Assembly: GCA_902800325.1 (NCBI GenBank)
Contig: CADCDW010000003.1
Span: 13,452-77,451 of the forward strand
From: an uncultured Lachnospiraceae bacterium
GTDB taxonomy: Bacteria > Bacillota > Clostridia > Lachnospirales > Lachnospiraceae
DNA length: 64,000 nucleotides
Direction of reading: 5' to 3'
Positions 50,576 to 60,189 of the stretch are shown here, piece by piece. Both the position numbers and the translations under genes were made by a program. How positions within the stretch are numbered: position 1 is the stretch's first letter; each line of letters starts with the position of its first letter. The notes below the pieces were generated by a model. It had not been told where the DNA came from. It worked only from the letters and a program-made list of their open reading frames with translations, and made no database searches.

Positions 50576-51982
50576 CTAATAATCTTCTTCTATCATCTCA
50601 GTTATAAGCTTATTACAGGCAGTAAGCTCACTCATATCCTTACAACCTGAAAGCGTATAATCAAAATAATCCTTTATCTCCTGTTTCGTATTAAGAAATA
50701 TAGGCATAGCTGAAAGTATCTTACACATAATGCTTCTAACAACCGGCCTTCCGCAGTCACTAAAAAGGCTCATAAAATCAGCTATAAGCTTGTCCTTTGT
50801 CTCATTATAATATTTATCATCCACCATATCACTTTCATTTCTTGCCGACTTTTCAACGTCTATAAATAAGCTGGTTGACAAAAGCCTGCTTATCTTATCA
50901 AGGGTTTCAAATCTGTCAGACAAACCATATGCCTTTATATCCTCATTTTTACCGACATAGATATCATCAAATGCCGCTTCAAGAGGCATAATACTTTCAG
51001 TCACTTCCTCCTGAACGCCTTCAAGACTTACAAAGCTGTCCATAAGAATTTCTGATAAACTTTCGAAATCTTCACTTTCCATAGAGCTTTTTATAATATT
51101 AACAGATGCTTTATATGCCGGATGCTTTTCATTTGTACCGATAGTATCTTCTATTGTAAGAAGTATGGTATAAATATCATTGGCAATTTCCTGCATAAGT
51201 ATGTAATTGGATGCCTCTTCATTTATTATATCAGCAGCCTCATTTAATCTGCCATTTAGTGCGTCATATTCATCTTCAGAAAGTTCTTTGTAATCTGCAG
51301 CAGCCAGATCTGTATATACATGATACAAAAACGGATATTCTGTCTCAAATCCCTTTGGTTTTGTAATAAGCGAAGAAGTTCTTAGCATATCACAAAACTC
51401 ATCTAAAGAAGTTTTTTCCCCACCCTTATATAGCGCAAGAGTATTTGAGACAACATCACAGAATTTGCTCTTTGTCATCCTGACGGGAAGCTGCGCCATA
51501 AGAAGCTGAAGCTTACTGTTTATAACCATTTTGTCTGACTCGTTAAATACATAGCTGTACATCTTATCCGAAAGCAAGGCTATGTCGACTTCTTCTACAG
51601 ATTTTTTTACCTTAGCCTCTATACGGTTCAGTATATATTCATAGATTTCATATCCATCGGTATACGATGTAAGTATCTTCATCTTATACTCGATATTGTC
51701 CCTTATCTGTTTCACAGCCGTTAGAGCCTCTTCATCAACCGGTTTATTTTTAATAATATTGTCCTTAACTAATCTGCTTAAAACATCAAAATACTTACAC
51801 ACATCTGAATTCTTATCAGTCATATCCGATATGATTTCTTTCATGGTGTAGTAATTCATACTCATTTTAATTGTTGCATAATAATTATATTTTTCATAAA
51901 GAAGCTTTGCATATTCCCTTATGTTGGTTTCTTTATTAATATCACTTTTTATCTCACCAATTAGTTTTTTCACACTGCTCAT
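50576..51982 (-). CDS. Hypothetical all-helical acidic protein (468 aa)
   Basis: Long ORF with RBS AGGGG; no motif recognised. Confidence 0.8.
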   Translation of the reverse strand: MSSVKKLIGEIKSDINKETNIREYAKLLYEKYNYYATIKMSMNYYTMKEIISDMTDKNSDVCKYFDVLSRLVKDNIIKNKPVDEEALTAVKQIRDNIEYKMKILTSYTDGYEIYEYILNRIEAKVKKSVEEVDIALLSDKMYSYVFNESDKMVINSKLQLLMAQLPVRMTKSKFCDVVSNTLALYKGGEKTSLDEFCDMLRTSSLITKPKGFETEYPFLYHVYTDLAAADYKELSEDEYDALNGRLNEAADIINEEASNYILMQEIANDIYTILLTIEDTIGTNEKHPAYKASVNIIKSSMESEDFESLSEILMDSFVSLEGVQEEVTESIMPLEAAFDDIYVGKNEDIKAYGLSDRFETLDKISRLLSTSLFIDVEKSARNESDMVDDKYYNETKDKLIADFMSLFSDCGRPVVRSIMCKILSAMPIFLNTKQEIKDYFDYTLSGCKDMSELTACNKLITEMIEEDY

Positions 51983-51988
51983 TTTTAT

Positions 51989-52942
51989 CTATCCCCTATG
52001 TTCATGTGTATAAATATGTTCATTACAATATTCATAATTACCATTGCACTTTGTGCAGAATCTGAACACCAGATCCTCACCGTCGTTTTCGGTTTTACCG
52101 CAGATAGCACATCTATGTCTTGTAATACCATCCGGCATCTGTTTTGCACCACCATTTTGTTTTCTGTTAAGATAATCACTCATGTTATAGACATTATCCT
52201 TATTTTTTCTTTCAGAAAAAGGCGAACCGAATCTTTTTTTCTTTTTTTCCGACGCATAATTTTGATATGAATATCTTGTTCCCCTTCCATAACTATAGTT
52301 TTTTAATATGTTATAGAAGATAAAGAAATTAGCAACTGCTACAACAAGCAATGCCCTGAAAGTTATAACAGGTACATCAAAATATTCATAAAGTAAAAGT
52401 GCGAAATCAATACATGCGATATATTTTGCCTTTAACGGAAAAAGGAACATAAAGTAAACCGTACTTTCCGCATATGCCATGGCAAAAGCAAAGAACACGC
52501 ATACAGGAATTGTATAATTAATAAACACCCCACCTATCTGCGCTTCGTAGATATATAACATATCCGCACCCTTTGTTATAAATAAAAACGCACTCACGAC
52601 AAGAACAGTAACAAAATTAAGAAGCATACTTCCCAATGTATAAAGATTGTACATAAAGGTTCCCATACCTCTTTGGGCCGATGAACCTATAAAATAAAGA
52701 CACACAAGTGATAAAACGGTCCATTCATCAAATGCAGAAGGAGCTGTAAATATCCATGTCACAAGTCTCCAATACTCATGTCCATAAAATACATCATATG
52801 GGGATAAAATTATTTTTTCATAGACATTTGGTGCTGCAACCGAGAAAATATAATTGAATGCAAAAAGCAATGTCAGCACCAACGGCAGATTTTTAATAGC
52901 ATATTTTCCAAATTTCTTTTCAAGCTTTGTTATAAATTTCAT
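51989..52942 (-). CDS. Rhomboid-superfamily-like multi-TM protein with a C-terminal Cys/His zinc finger
   Basis: GHEYWRLVTWIF (rhomboid WR motif), about 6 TM helices, C-terminal CAIC...CTKC...YCNEHIYTH. Confidence 0.7.
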   Translation of the reverse strand: MKFITKLEKKFGKYAIKNLPLVLTLLFAFNYIFSVAAPNVYEKIILSPYDVFYGHEYWRLVTWIFTAPSAFDEWTVLSLVCLYFIGSSAQRGMGTFMYNLYTLGSMLLNFVTVLVVSAFLFITKGADMLYIYEAQIGGVFINYTIPVCVFFAFAMAYAESTVYFMFLFPLKAKYIACIDFALLLYEYFDVPVITFRALLVVAVANFFIFYNILKNYSYGRGTRYSYQNYASEKKKKRFGSPFSERKNKDNVYNMSDYLNRKQNGGAKQMPDGITRHRCAICGKTENDGEDLVFRFCTKCNGNYEYCNEHIYTHEHRG

Positions 52943-53154
52943 AATGTTTTGTCCTTAAATCATATATTCTTTTATGATTAATAATATTAATCAAGCGTAT
53001 ACACATCGATATTTTAACCTATATCAATGCATATACGCTTATTATATCCTAAAATCATCTAAAAAACAACTTAAAACTCAGAAGCTTATGTTTTAAAACC
53101 ATGAAGCTTATGTTATAAGTAAAAAACAGTCAGTTCATATCATAAATTTTCCTG

Positions 53155-53499
53155 TTATACATTTTTTGAAGGAGGAATTCTGATAATCGTTCCCAAAGGC
53201 ACACGCATATCAAGAAGTTCCTTATTGTACTCCATAAGTCTTCCTACATCTATAGATAGTTCTTCTATTATGCTTTTTAAAGTTTCACCGGTTCTTGCGG
53301 TAAAATATCTGCGTTCCTCCTCCTCTTCATAGATTTCGGTCGGAACACATATCTCGTCTCCCGGCTTCAAATTATAAACATTTACGTACGGATTTTCCTT
53401 TAAGACATCTACAAGCCTTACTCCATAAAGCTTTGAAATCTTATATAGCGTATCTCCTGCCACAACTTTGTGGATGGTTCCCTTACATTCTTTTTCCAT
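53155..53499 (-). CDS. LysM-domain protein (two LysM repeats)
   Basis: HKVVAGDTLYKISKLYGVRLVDVLKENP...LKPGDEICVP and a second, degenerate repeat. Start revised to ATG at 53499, after AAAGGGG. Confidence 0.85.
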   Translation of the reverse strand: MEKECKGTIHKVVAGDTLYKISKLYGVRLVDVLKENPYVNVYNLKPGDEICVPTEIYEEEEERRYFTARTGETLKSIIEELSIDVGRLMEYNKELLDMRVPLGTIIRIPPSKNV

Positions 53500-53590
53500 A
53501 TTTTTCCCCTTTTTGATTATTCTATGCAAATGCTTCATAAAAAAAACAAAAAAATAATAAAATTTAGATAAAATTTCATATTTTTAACTG

Positions 53591-53619
53591 TTGTATTTTG
53601 TCGTTTCTTCTATTATAAT
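53591..53619 (+). promoter_or_regulatory. Sigma-A type promoter of the activase gene
   Basis: TTGTAT-17 bp-TATAAT, followed by an AAGGAGG RBS region. Confidence 0.6.
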
Positions 53620-53682
53620 TATCTTTTGACACGTTAGAAATTTATAAGACAAGGAGGCAGGCAGTCAAAAGCCGGATTTAAT

Positions 53683-56600
53683 ATGAACAGATTAGGAATT
53701 GATATAGGTTCAACCACAGTAAAGGTTGCAATTATAGATGAATCACACAATATACTTTTTTCTGAATACAAGAGACATTTTGCCAATATCAAGGAAACAT
53801 TAAAGGAACTACTTGAAAATGCAAAAGAAAAGCTTGGCGATTTAAATGTAGCCCCAACCATAACCGGTTCAGGCGGACTTGCTCTTGCCAATGTCATAGG
53901 TGTACCATTTGAGCAGGAAGTTATCTGCGTAACCGACGCACTAAAGGACTATGCTCCTCAAACTGATGTTGCTATAGAACTTGGTGGTGAGGATGCAAAA
54001 ATTATATATTTTACGAACGGTGTCGAGCAGCGTATGAACGGAGTATGTGCAGGAGGTACCGGTTCCTTTATCGATCAGATGGCATCACTTCTTCAAACAG
54101 ATGCCATGGGACTTAATACATATGCCAGAGACTATGACACTATCTATCCAATTGCCGCAAGATGTGGTGTATTTGCCAAAACAGATATACAGCCACTCAT
54201 AAATGAAGGTGCAACCAAGCCAAACCTTGCCGCATCAATCTTTCAGGCAGTCGTCAATCAGACCATAAGTGGTCTTGCCTGCGGTAAACCTATAAAGGGA
54301 AATGTTGCTTTTCTTGGTGGTCCTCTTCATTTTCTGGATCAGCTTAAGGAAGCTTTTATAAGAACTCTTAATTTAACTGATGACAGTGTAATCGCACCAT
54401 CACATTCACACCTTTTTGCTGCTGTAGGTGCTGCACTTCAGGCCAAAGAAGATATTAATTTTTCTCTCACTGATTTAAGCGGGAAGCTGACTGATGATCT
54501 AAAGTTTTCAGTTGATGTAGACAGACTTCCTCCACTTTTTGCTTCTGAGGAAGATTACGCCAAATTCATCAAAAAGCAGTCAAAATACCATGTTAAAAGA
54601 GCTGACCTTGCTACATACAAAGGCAAATGTTATCTTGGCGTAGATGCAGGTTCAACCACAACTAAGGTTGCTCTGGTCGGCGAAGACGGAGCATTATTAT
54701 ATGATTTTTACAGCAGTAACAACGGTAGTCCTTTAAAAACCACTATCCGCGCCTTAAAGGATATATTTAAAAAGCTTCCGGATGGTGTTGAAATCGCATC
54801 AGCATGTTCAACCGGATATGGAGAAGCTTTGATTAAATCTGCTCTTATGCTTGATCATGGCGAGGTTGAAACCATAGCCCACTATACCGCTGCTGCTTTC
54901 TTTGATCCTGATGTGGATTGTATCCTTGATATAGGTGGTCAGGATATGAAATGTATAAAAATTAAAAACGAAGTAGTTGACAACGTTATGCTCAACGAAG
55001 CATGTTCTTCAGGCTGTGGTTCATTTATAGAAACCTTTGCAAAATCATTAAATTATGAAATCAAGGATTTTGCCAAAATAGCTCTTTTTGCAGAACATCC
55101 TATAGACCTCGGTTCAAGATGTACTGTATTTATGAATTCAAAGGTTAAACAGGCTCAAAAAGAAGGTGCATCCGTAGCCGATATATCTGCCGGACTTGCA
55201 TATTCGGTTATAAAAAATGCGCTTCTTAAAGTTATAAAACTTACCGACCCTAAATCACTCGGTAAAAATATAGTTGTTCAGGGCGGAACTTTTTATAACG
55301 ATGCAGTACTAAGAAGCTTTGAACTTATATCCGGCCGCGAAGCCATACGTCCGGATATAGCAGGTATCATGGGTGCATTTGGAGCCGCTCTTATCGCAAG
55401 AGACAGATATGAAGAAGGCGCAAAGACGACCATGCTTTCCCGCGAGGATATAGAAAACCTTACATATGAAACCAGCATGGCGAGATGTAAAGGCTGTACC
55501 AACAATTGTCTTCTTACCATCAATAAATTTTCAGGCGGAAGACGTTTTATTTCAGGAAACAGATGCGAAAAAGGTCTTGGCTTGAAGAAAAATGCCAACA
55601 ATGTACCTAATTTATTTGAATATAAATTCAACCGTTTATTCCGGTATGAACCATTAAGTGAAGCCGAAGCCTCTCGTGGAACAATCGGAGTACCAAGAGT
55701 ACTCAATATGTACGAAAACTATCCGTTCTGGTTTACATTTTTAACCAGGCTCGGTTACAGGGTCGTACTCTCTCCAAAATCCTCTCGTGATATCTATACA
55801 CTTGGTATAGAGTCCATTCCAAGCGAGTCAGAGTGTTATCCTGCAAAAATTGCACACGGTCATGTTATGTGGTTACTCAAGCAGGGAATCAAGACAATTT
55901 TCTATCCTTGTATACCATATGAAAGAAACGAAACACCGGATGCTAACAATCACTACAACTGTCCTATCGTTACTTCATATGCAGAAAATATTAAAAATAA
56001 TATGGAAGAATTAAGTGATCCTGATACAACCTATATAAGACCGTTTCTTTCTCTCGACAACAAGCAGGCGCTTAAAGAACGTCTGATGCGAGAATTTAAG
56101 AAATATACTGATGTAACCATGCAGGAGATATCCGATGCGGTCGATGCAGCTTATATAGAAGCAGATGCAGTGAAAGCCGATATTAAAAACAAGGGTGATG
56201 AAACTATTAAGTACCTGGAAGAAAATGATAAAATCGGTATAGTACTTGCCGGTCGTCCTTATCACATAGACCCTGAGATTAACCACGGTCTTCCTGAACT
56301 TATCAATTCATTTGATATAGCTGTGCTTACTGAAGATTCTGTGGCTCACTTAGGTGAAGTAGAAAGGCCTCTTATAGTATCAGATCAGTGGATGTATCAC
56401 TCCAGACTATACAAAGCCGCAAACTATGTAAAGACGAGCAAAAATCTTGAACTTATACAGCTCAACTCTTTCGGTTGCGGTCTTGACGCCGTTACAACCG
56501 ATTGTGTAAATGATATACTTACCAATTCAGGCAAAATTTATACGGTACTTAAGATAGACGAGGTCAGCAACTTAGGTGCTGCAAGAATACGTATACGTTC

Positions 56601-57915
56601 TTTGATAAGTGCTGTAAATGTAAGACGTAAACGCCACTTTGTTCCTTGCCCTGTATCAAGCGCAATCAACAGAGTTGAATTTACCCAGGACATGAAGGAC
56701 TACACTGTTCTTGTACCTCAGATGTCTCCTATTCATTTCAATATTCTTGAACCGGCATTTAGCCAAATGGGGCTTAATATAGTTATGCTTCCTGACGCTA
56801 ACAAGGAAGTTGTTGACACAGGATTAAAATATGTAAATAATGATGCATGCTACCCTTCACTTATAGTAGTCGGACAGCTTATGTATGCTATCAATTCAGG
56901 AAAATATGATGTAAATAAGCTTGCAGTTGTTATGACTCAGACCGGCGGCGGTTGCCGAGCTACCAATTATGTTGGTTTTATAAGACGTGCGCTCGCAAAA
57001 GCCGGTTACGGGCAGATACCTGTTATAGCTCTAAGTGTTCAGGGTTTTGAACAAAACTCCGGCTTTAAATTTACGATTAAAACAGTCAAGCTTGCTTTAC
57101 AGGCTATTATATATGGTGATTTATTTATGAGAGTCTTATACCGAACAAGACCTTATGAAAAAGTTAAAGGCTCTGCCGATAAACTTCACAAGAAATGGGA
57201 AAAAATTTGTATAAAGAGTATTAAAGATGGTGGTCGAGGATACAAAAAAATTATCAAGGGTATCATTCATGACTTTGACACTCTTCCTCTTAACGAAGAA
57301 GAAAGACGTCCACGTGTAGGAATAGTTGGTGAAATTCTTGTCAAGTTCCTTCCTTCGGCTAACAATCACCTTGTTGAGCTTCTCGAATCAGAAGGTGCTG
57401 AAGCAGTTATGCCTGATTTACTTGATTTCTTCATGTACTGCTTCTACAACAACAATTACAAGTATGAATTCTTAGGCAAATCCAAGAGTTCCGCCAAAAA
57501 GGCCAATCTTGGTATATGGGCACTGGAAGTTCTTCGTAAACCTTTACGCGATGAACTCAGAAAGAGCAACCGTTTTGAACCACCTGTACATATAACCACG
57601 CTTGCAGATTATGCCAGACCTATCGTATCAATCGGCAACCAGACAGGAGAAGGCTGGTTCTTAACCGGTGAAATGGTTGAACTTATCAAGAGTGGTGCCG
57701 GCAACATAGTATGTTGTCAGCCATTTGCATGTCTTCCTAACCACATAGTCGGCAAGGGTGTTATCAAAGAATTAAGGAAATCATATCCTGAAGCCAACAT
57801 CGTAGCAATAGACTACGATCCGGGTGCTTCCGAAGTAAATCAGGTCAACCGTATCAAACTCATGCTTGCAACTGCGCGCAAAAACATGCAGAACACCGAT
57901 GAAAAAGCTGTATAA
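53683..57915 (+). CDS. 2-hydroxyacyl-CoA dehydratase activase-related multidomain protein (two BadF/BadG ASKHA ATPase modules plus DUF2229-like modules)
   Basis: [10 protein letters not shown] and [10 protein letters not shown]; ELGGEDAK and DIGGQDMK; [10 protein letters not shown] and NEACSSGCG Fe-S Cys motifs; [15 protein letters not shown]. Confidence 0.9.
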   Translation: MNRLGIDIGSTTVKVAIIDESHNILFSEYKRHFANIKETLKELLENAKEKLGDLNVAPTITGSGGLALANVIGVPFEQEVICVTDALKDYAPQTDVAIELGGEDAKIIYFTNGVEQRMNGVCAGGTGSFIDQMASLLQTDAMGLNTYARDYDTIYPIAARCGVFAKTDIQPLINEGATKPNLAASIFQAVVNQTISGLACGKPIKGNVAFLGGPLHFLDQLKEAFIRTLNLTDDSVIAPSHSHLFAAVGAALQAKEDINFSLTDLSGKLTDDLKFSVDVDRLPPLFASEEDYAKFIKKQSKYHVKRADLATYKGKCYLGVDAGSTTTKVALVGEDGALLYDFYSSNNGSPLKTTIRALKDIFKKLPDGVEIASACSTGYGEALIKSALMLDHGEVETIAHYTAAAFFDPDVDCILDIGGQDMKCIKIKNEVVDNVMLNEACSSGCGSFIETFAKSLNYEIKDFAKIALFAEHPIDLGSRCTVFMNSKVKQAQKEGASVADISAGLAYSVIKNALLKVIKLTDPKSLGKNIVVQGGTFYNDAVLRSFELISGREAIRPDIAGIMGAFGAALIARDRYEEGAKTTMLSREDIENLTYETSMARCKGCTNNCLLTINKFSGGRRFISGNRCEKGLGLKKNANNVPNLFEYKFNRLFRYEPLSEAEASRGTIGVPRVLNMYENYPFWFTFLTRLGYRVVLSPKSSRDIYTLGIESIPSESECYPAKIAHGHVMWLLKQGIKTIFYPCIPYERNETPDANNHYNCPIVTSYAENIKNNMEELSDPDTTYIRPFLSLDNKQALKERLMREFKKYTDVTMQEISDAVDAAYIEADAVKADIKNKGDETIKYLEENDKIGIVLAGRPYHIDPEINHGLPELINSFDIAVLTEDSVAHLGEVERPLIVSDQWMYHSRLYKAANYVKTSKNLELIQLNSFGCGLDAVTTDCVNDILTNSGKIYTVLKIDEVSNLGAARIRIRSLISAVNVRRKRHFVPCPVSSAINRVEFTQDMKDYTVLVPQMSPIHFNILEPAFSQMGLNIVMLPDANKEVVDTGLKYVNNDACYPSLIVVGQLMYAINSGKYDVNKLAVVMTQTGGGCRATNYVGFIRRALAKAGYGQIPVIALSVQGFEQNSGFKFTIKTVKLALQAIIYGDLFMRVLYRTRPYEKVKGSADKLHKKWEKICIKSIKDGGRGYKKIIKGIIHDFDTLPLNEEERRPRVGIVGEILVKFLPSANNHLVELLESEGAEAVMPDLLDFFMYCFYNNNYKYEFLGKSKSSAKKANLGIWALEVLRKPLRDELRKSNRFEPPVHITTLADYARPIVSIGNQTGEGWFLTGEMVELIKSGAGNIVCCQPFACLPNHIVGKGVIKELRKSYPEANIVAIDYDPGASEVNQVNRIKLMLATARKNMQNTDEKAV

Positions 57916-57931
57916 TCCCCTCTCCCACGTT

Positions 57932-58621
57932 AAACTTCGGTTTCACGCATGATGACAGACATAGATATTCCTTTTATCAGTAGATTTAATTCTCTTATGT
58001 GACATCAAAGAAAAAAGGTGGTATTACAACGCGCCATCGATTTGTTAAATCAGCGTACTCGCACCTTTGAAATTCGCACGAACCCGAAGAACTCGCTTCG
58101 CTCAAACACTTCGGTTTCTGAGCGAATTTCTACAAGTGCTCGTTGCTGATTTGACACAAATCGGGCTAAATGTTGTAACACCGCCTTTTTCTTTTTCTGT
58201 CACTATAAATTTTCGGACAATCTCCTGATAAAAGGAATATCTATGCCTGTAGCTTAAAGCCACGCTAAATAGCGCGGCTTTAAGCTGTGGGTATCTGCTT
58301 TACCACTTAAATACAACTTCACACCTTAATAAACTAAATTCAGGAAAGTATATGAAAAGGCTGATACAACAACATTTTGTCCGATTTGCGTTAAATCAAA
58401 AGCAAGAATCCGTATATATTCGCTCAGAAATCGAGCTGTTTGAGCGAAGCGAGTTCTCGATTTCGTGCGAAGATAAAGGATTTGAGCTTATTGATTTAGC
58501 AAATTGATGACACGTTGTGTATCAGCCTTATTCATATACTTTCCTATTAAGAAACTTCATGGTGTGAAGTCATATTTAAGTGGTAAGCAGATACCCACCA
58601 TCATGCGTGAAACCGAAGTTT
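57932..58621. repeat. 690-bp composite palindromic element: 23-bp terminal IR enclosing two long hairpin units and a central hairpin
   Basis: Perfect IR at 57932-57954/58599-58621; unit A 57955-58250; central hairpin 58251-58286; unit B 58287-58598; identical 20-nt core at 58089-58108 (+) and 58437-58456 (-); no ORF in the track. Confidence 0.9.
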
Positions 58622-58638
58622 GATGCGATGGACAAGGA

Positions 58639-59931
58639 CTAATTTTTCTTTCCGAGTTTTACTACAATTGTATCCTCTACATATTCGTTGTCTTTCATAT
58701 ATTTTACAGTTACTTCTATTTTTTCACCGGCTTTGTAATATTCAAGCATATCCACAAGACCTTCAGCCGTAGATACTGTCTGACCGTCAAATTTTGTTAT
58801 GATGTAGTTTTTCTTTATGCCAGCTTTTTGGGCTGCAGAACCGTCTATTACCTCTGATACGAGGACTCCGGTAGGGATACCATATAACTCTGATGCATCA
58901 GCGGTGACAGTGCCGCATTTGATACCGAGACTTGCCTGATCGCGTTCATCAACCTTTTCTCTGGTTTTTCTTGAAACCATACCGTCGATTATTTCCTCAA
59001 CCTCACTTATAGGAATAGCATAGCCCATTCCCTCAACTTCTGTTGAAGCATATTTCGATGAATTGATACCAACAAGTTCTCCCTTCATATTGAGCAGTGC
59101 ACCACCGCTGTTTCCCGGATTTATGGCCGCATCAGTTTGGATAAGCGGTAAATCATTAGTATCGGTCGTTCTTTCTTTTGCACTTACGATACCTGTTGTA
59201 ACGGACTGTCCATAGCCAAGTGCATTACCTATAGCTACTACCTGCTCTCCAACCTTAAGTTCATTGGAATCACCTATGTTGGCTACTTTTATATTTTCTT
59301 TAGTACTACCCGAAATATCTTCAAGAGGAACTACCACTATAGCCAGATCATAACTTGAATCAACACTTTTAACTTTTGCATCATAGCTTTCACCGTCATT
59401 AAAAACTACAGAAACAGTCTCTGCCGATGCTACAACATGATTATTGGTTACAATTAAAAGTTCAGTATCATTTTTTCCTATGATAATACCGGAGCCTGCT
59501 CCTTCAGTCTCATATTCGTATGTTCCGAACATCCCCTGGTTTATCTGCTCAACACCTTTTACGTTTATCGCAACTATAGATGGCATTACATTTTCAGCAA
59601 TTTTTGAAACATCAAGAGCGCCACCCGATGCATAATTATTATCAACTGATGATGTTGTCTGGATTATCTCATCGGTTGTCGTTTTTTCGTCATCATTATT
59701 AGCTTTTGATTCTGTTGTTTCAACATCTGCAGTTTCTAAACCTTCCAATGTTTCACTAACAATCTTGCTTATATTCTTCTTCTCATTTACACCGTTTAGC
59801 TTATCCGCTGCAACAAGATTAAATACTCCTCCAGCTACGCCTCCAAATACTGCTGCTGTTGTAACTACCGCTACAGTTCTCTTAAAAAATCCGCCTTTTT
59901 TGCTTGTTTTCATTTCTGTCTCATGTTTCAT
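58639..59931 (-). CDS. htrA: HtrA/DegP-family serine protease with PDZ domain
   Basis: VTNNHVV (His), YDLAIV (Asp), AINPGNSGG (Ser), C-terminal PDZ, N-terminal TM anchor. Confidence 0.95.
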   Translation of the reverse strand: MKHETEMKTSKKGGFFKRTVAVVTTAAVFGGVAGGVFNLVAADKLNGVNEKKNISKIVSETLEGLETADVETTESKANNDDEKTTTDEIIQTTSSVDNNYASGGALDVSKIAENVMPSIVAINVKGVEQINQGMFGTYEYETEGAGSGIIIGKNDTELLIVTNNHVVASAETVSVVFNDGESYDAKVKSVDSSYDLAIVVVPLEDISGSTKENIKVANIGDSNELKVGEQVVAIGNALGYGQSVTTGIVSAKERTTDTNDLPLIQTDAAINPGNSGGALLNMKGELVGINSSKYASTEVEGMGYAIPISEVEEIIDGMVSRKTREKVDERDQASLGIKCGTVTADASELYGIPTGVLVSEVIDGSAAQKAGIKKNYIITKFDGQTVSTAEGLVDMLEYYKAGEKIEVTVKYMKDNEYVEDTIVVKLGKKN

Positions 59932-60153
59932 TTTATAATCATCTTCCTTTCCTCCTTGTTTATCTTTGTTTAGATAAACATTTAAGTAATATGAATTTTT
60001 ATAATGACATGAGGATTGCTTTTATCGTAATTCTCAAAGTCTTATGTAGCACAATAAATAATTAATATATTTATCATTTATACATATATTAAATCTATAA
60101 TTTGACAGATTTTTGATGAAAATTTGTTTAAATTGTGAACAAATACAGATTAT

Positions 60154-60186
60154 AAAACTGCCATATCATGTATATATGGCAGTTTT
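60154..60186 (-). terminator. Intrinsic terminator after the GTPase-DUF1980 gene
   Basis: 13-bp perfect stem AAAACTGCCATAT/ATATGGCAGTTTT with a 7-nt loop. Confidence 0.8.
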
Positions 60187-60189
60187 TCT

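Noticed and set aside
51985-52270. ORFs 51985-52179(-) and 51998-52270(+)
   Set aside because: Overlap the zinc-finger end of the 317-aa membrane protein in other frames; no independent support.
57955-58598. Strand preference of the palindromic element inferred from G-U wobble pairs
   Set aside because: Mismatches in the outer stems favour the minus strand, but inner stems show both types, so strand cannot be called from this copy alone.
57916-58638. Autonomous IS element or tRNA/CRISPR in the activase-htrA gap
   Set aside because: No transposase ORF, no target-site duplication, no tRNA cloverleaf signatures and no repeat-spacer periodicity; reported as a palindromic element instead.
60095-60145. 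Possible OmpR/CssR-type direct repeats upstream of htrA
   Set aside because: Too degenerate to distinguish from AT-rich background by eye.
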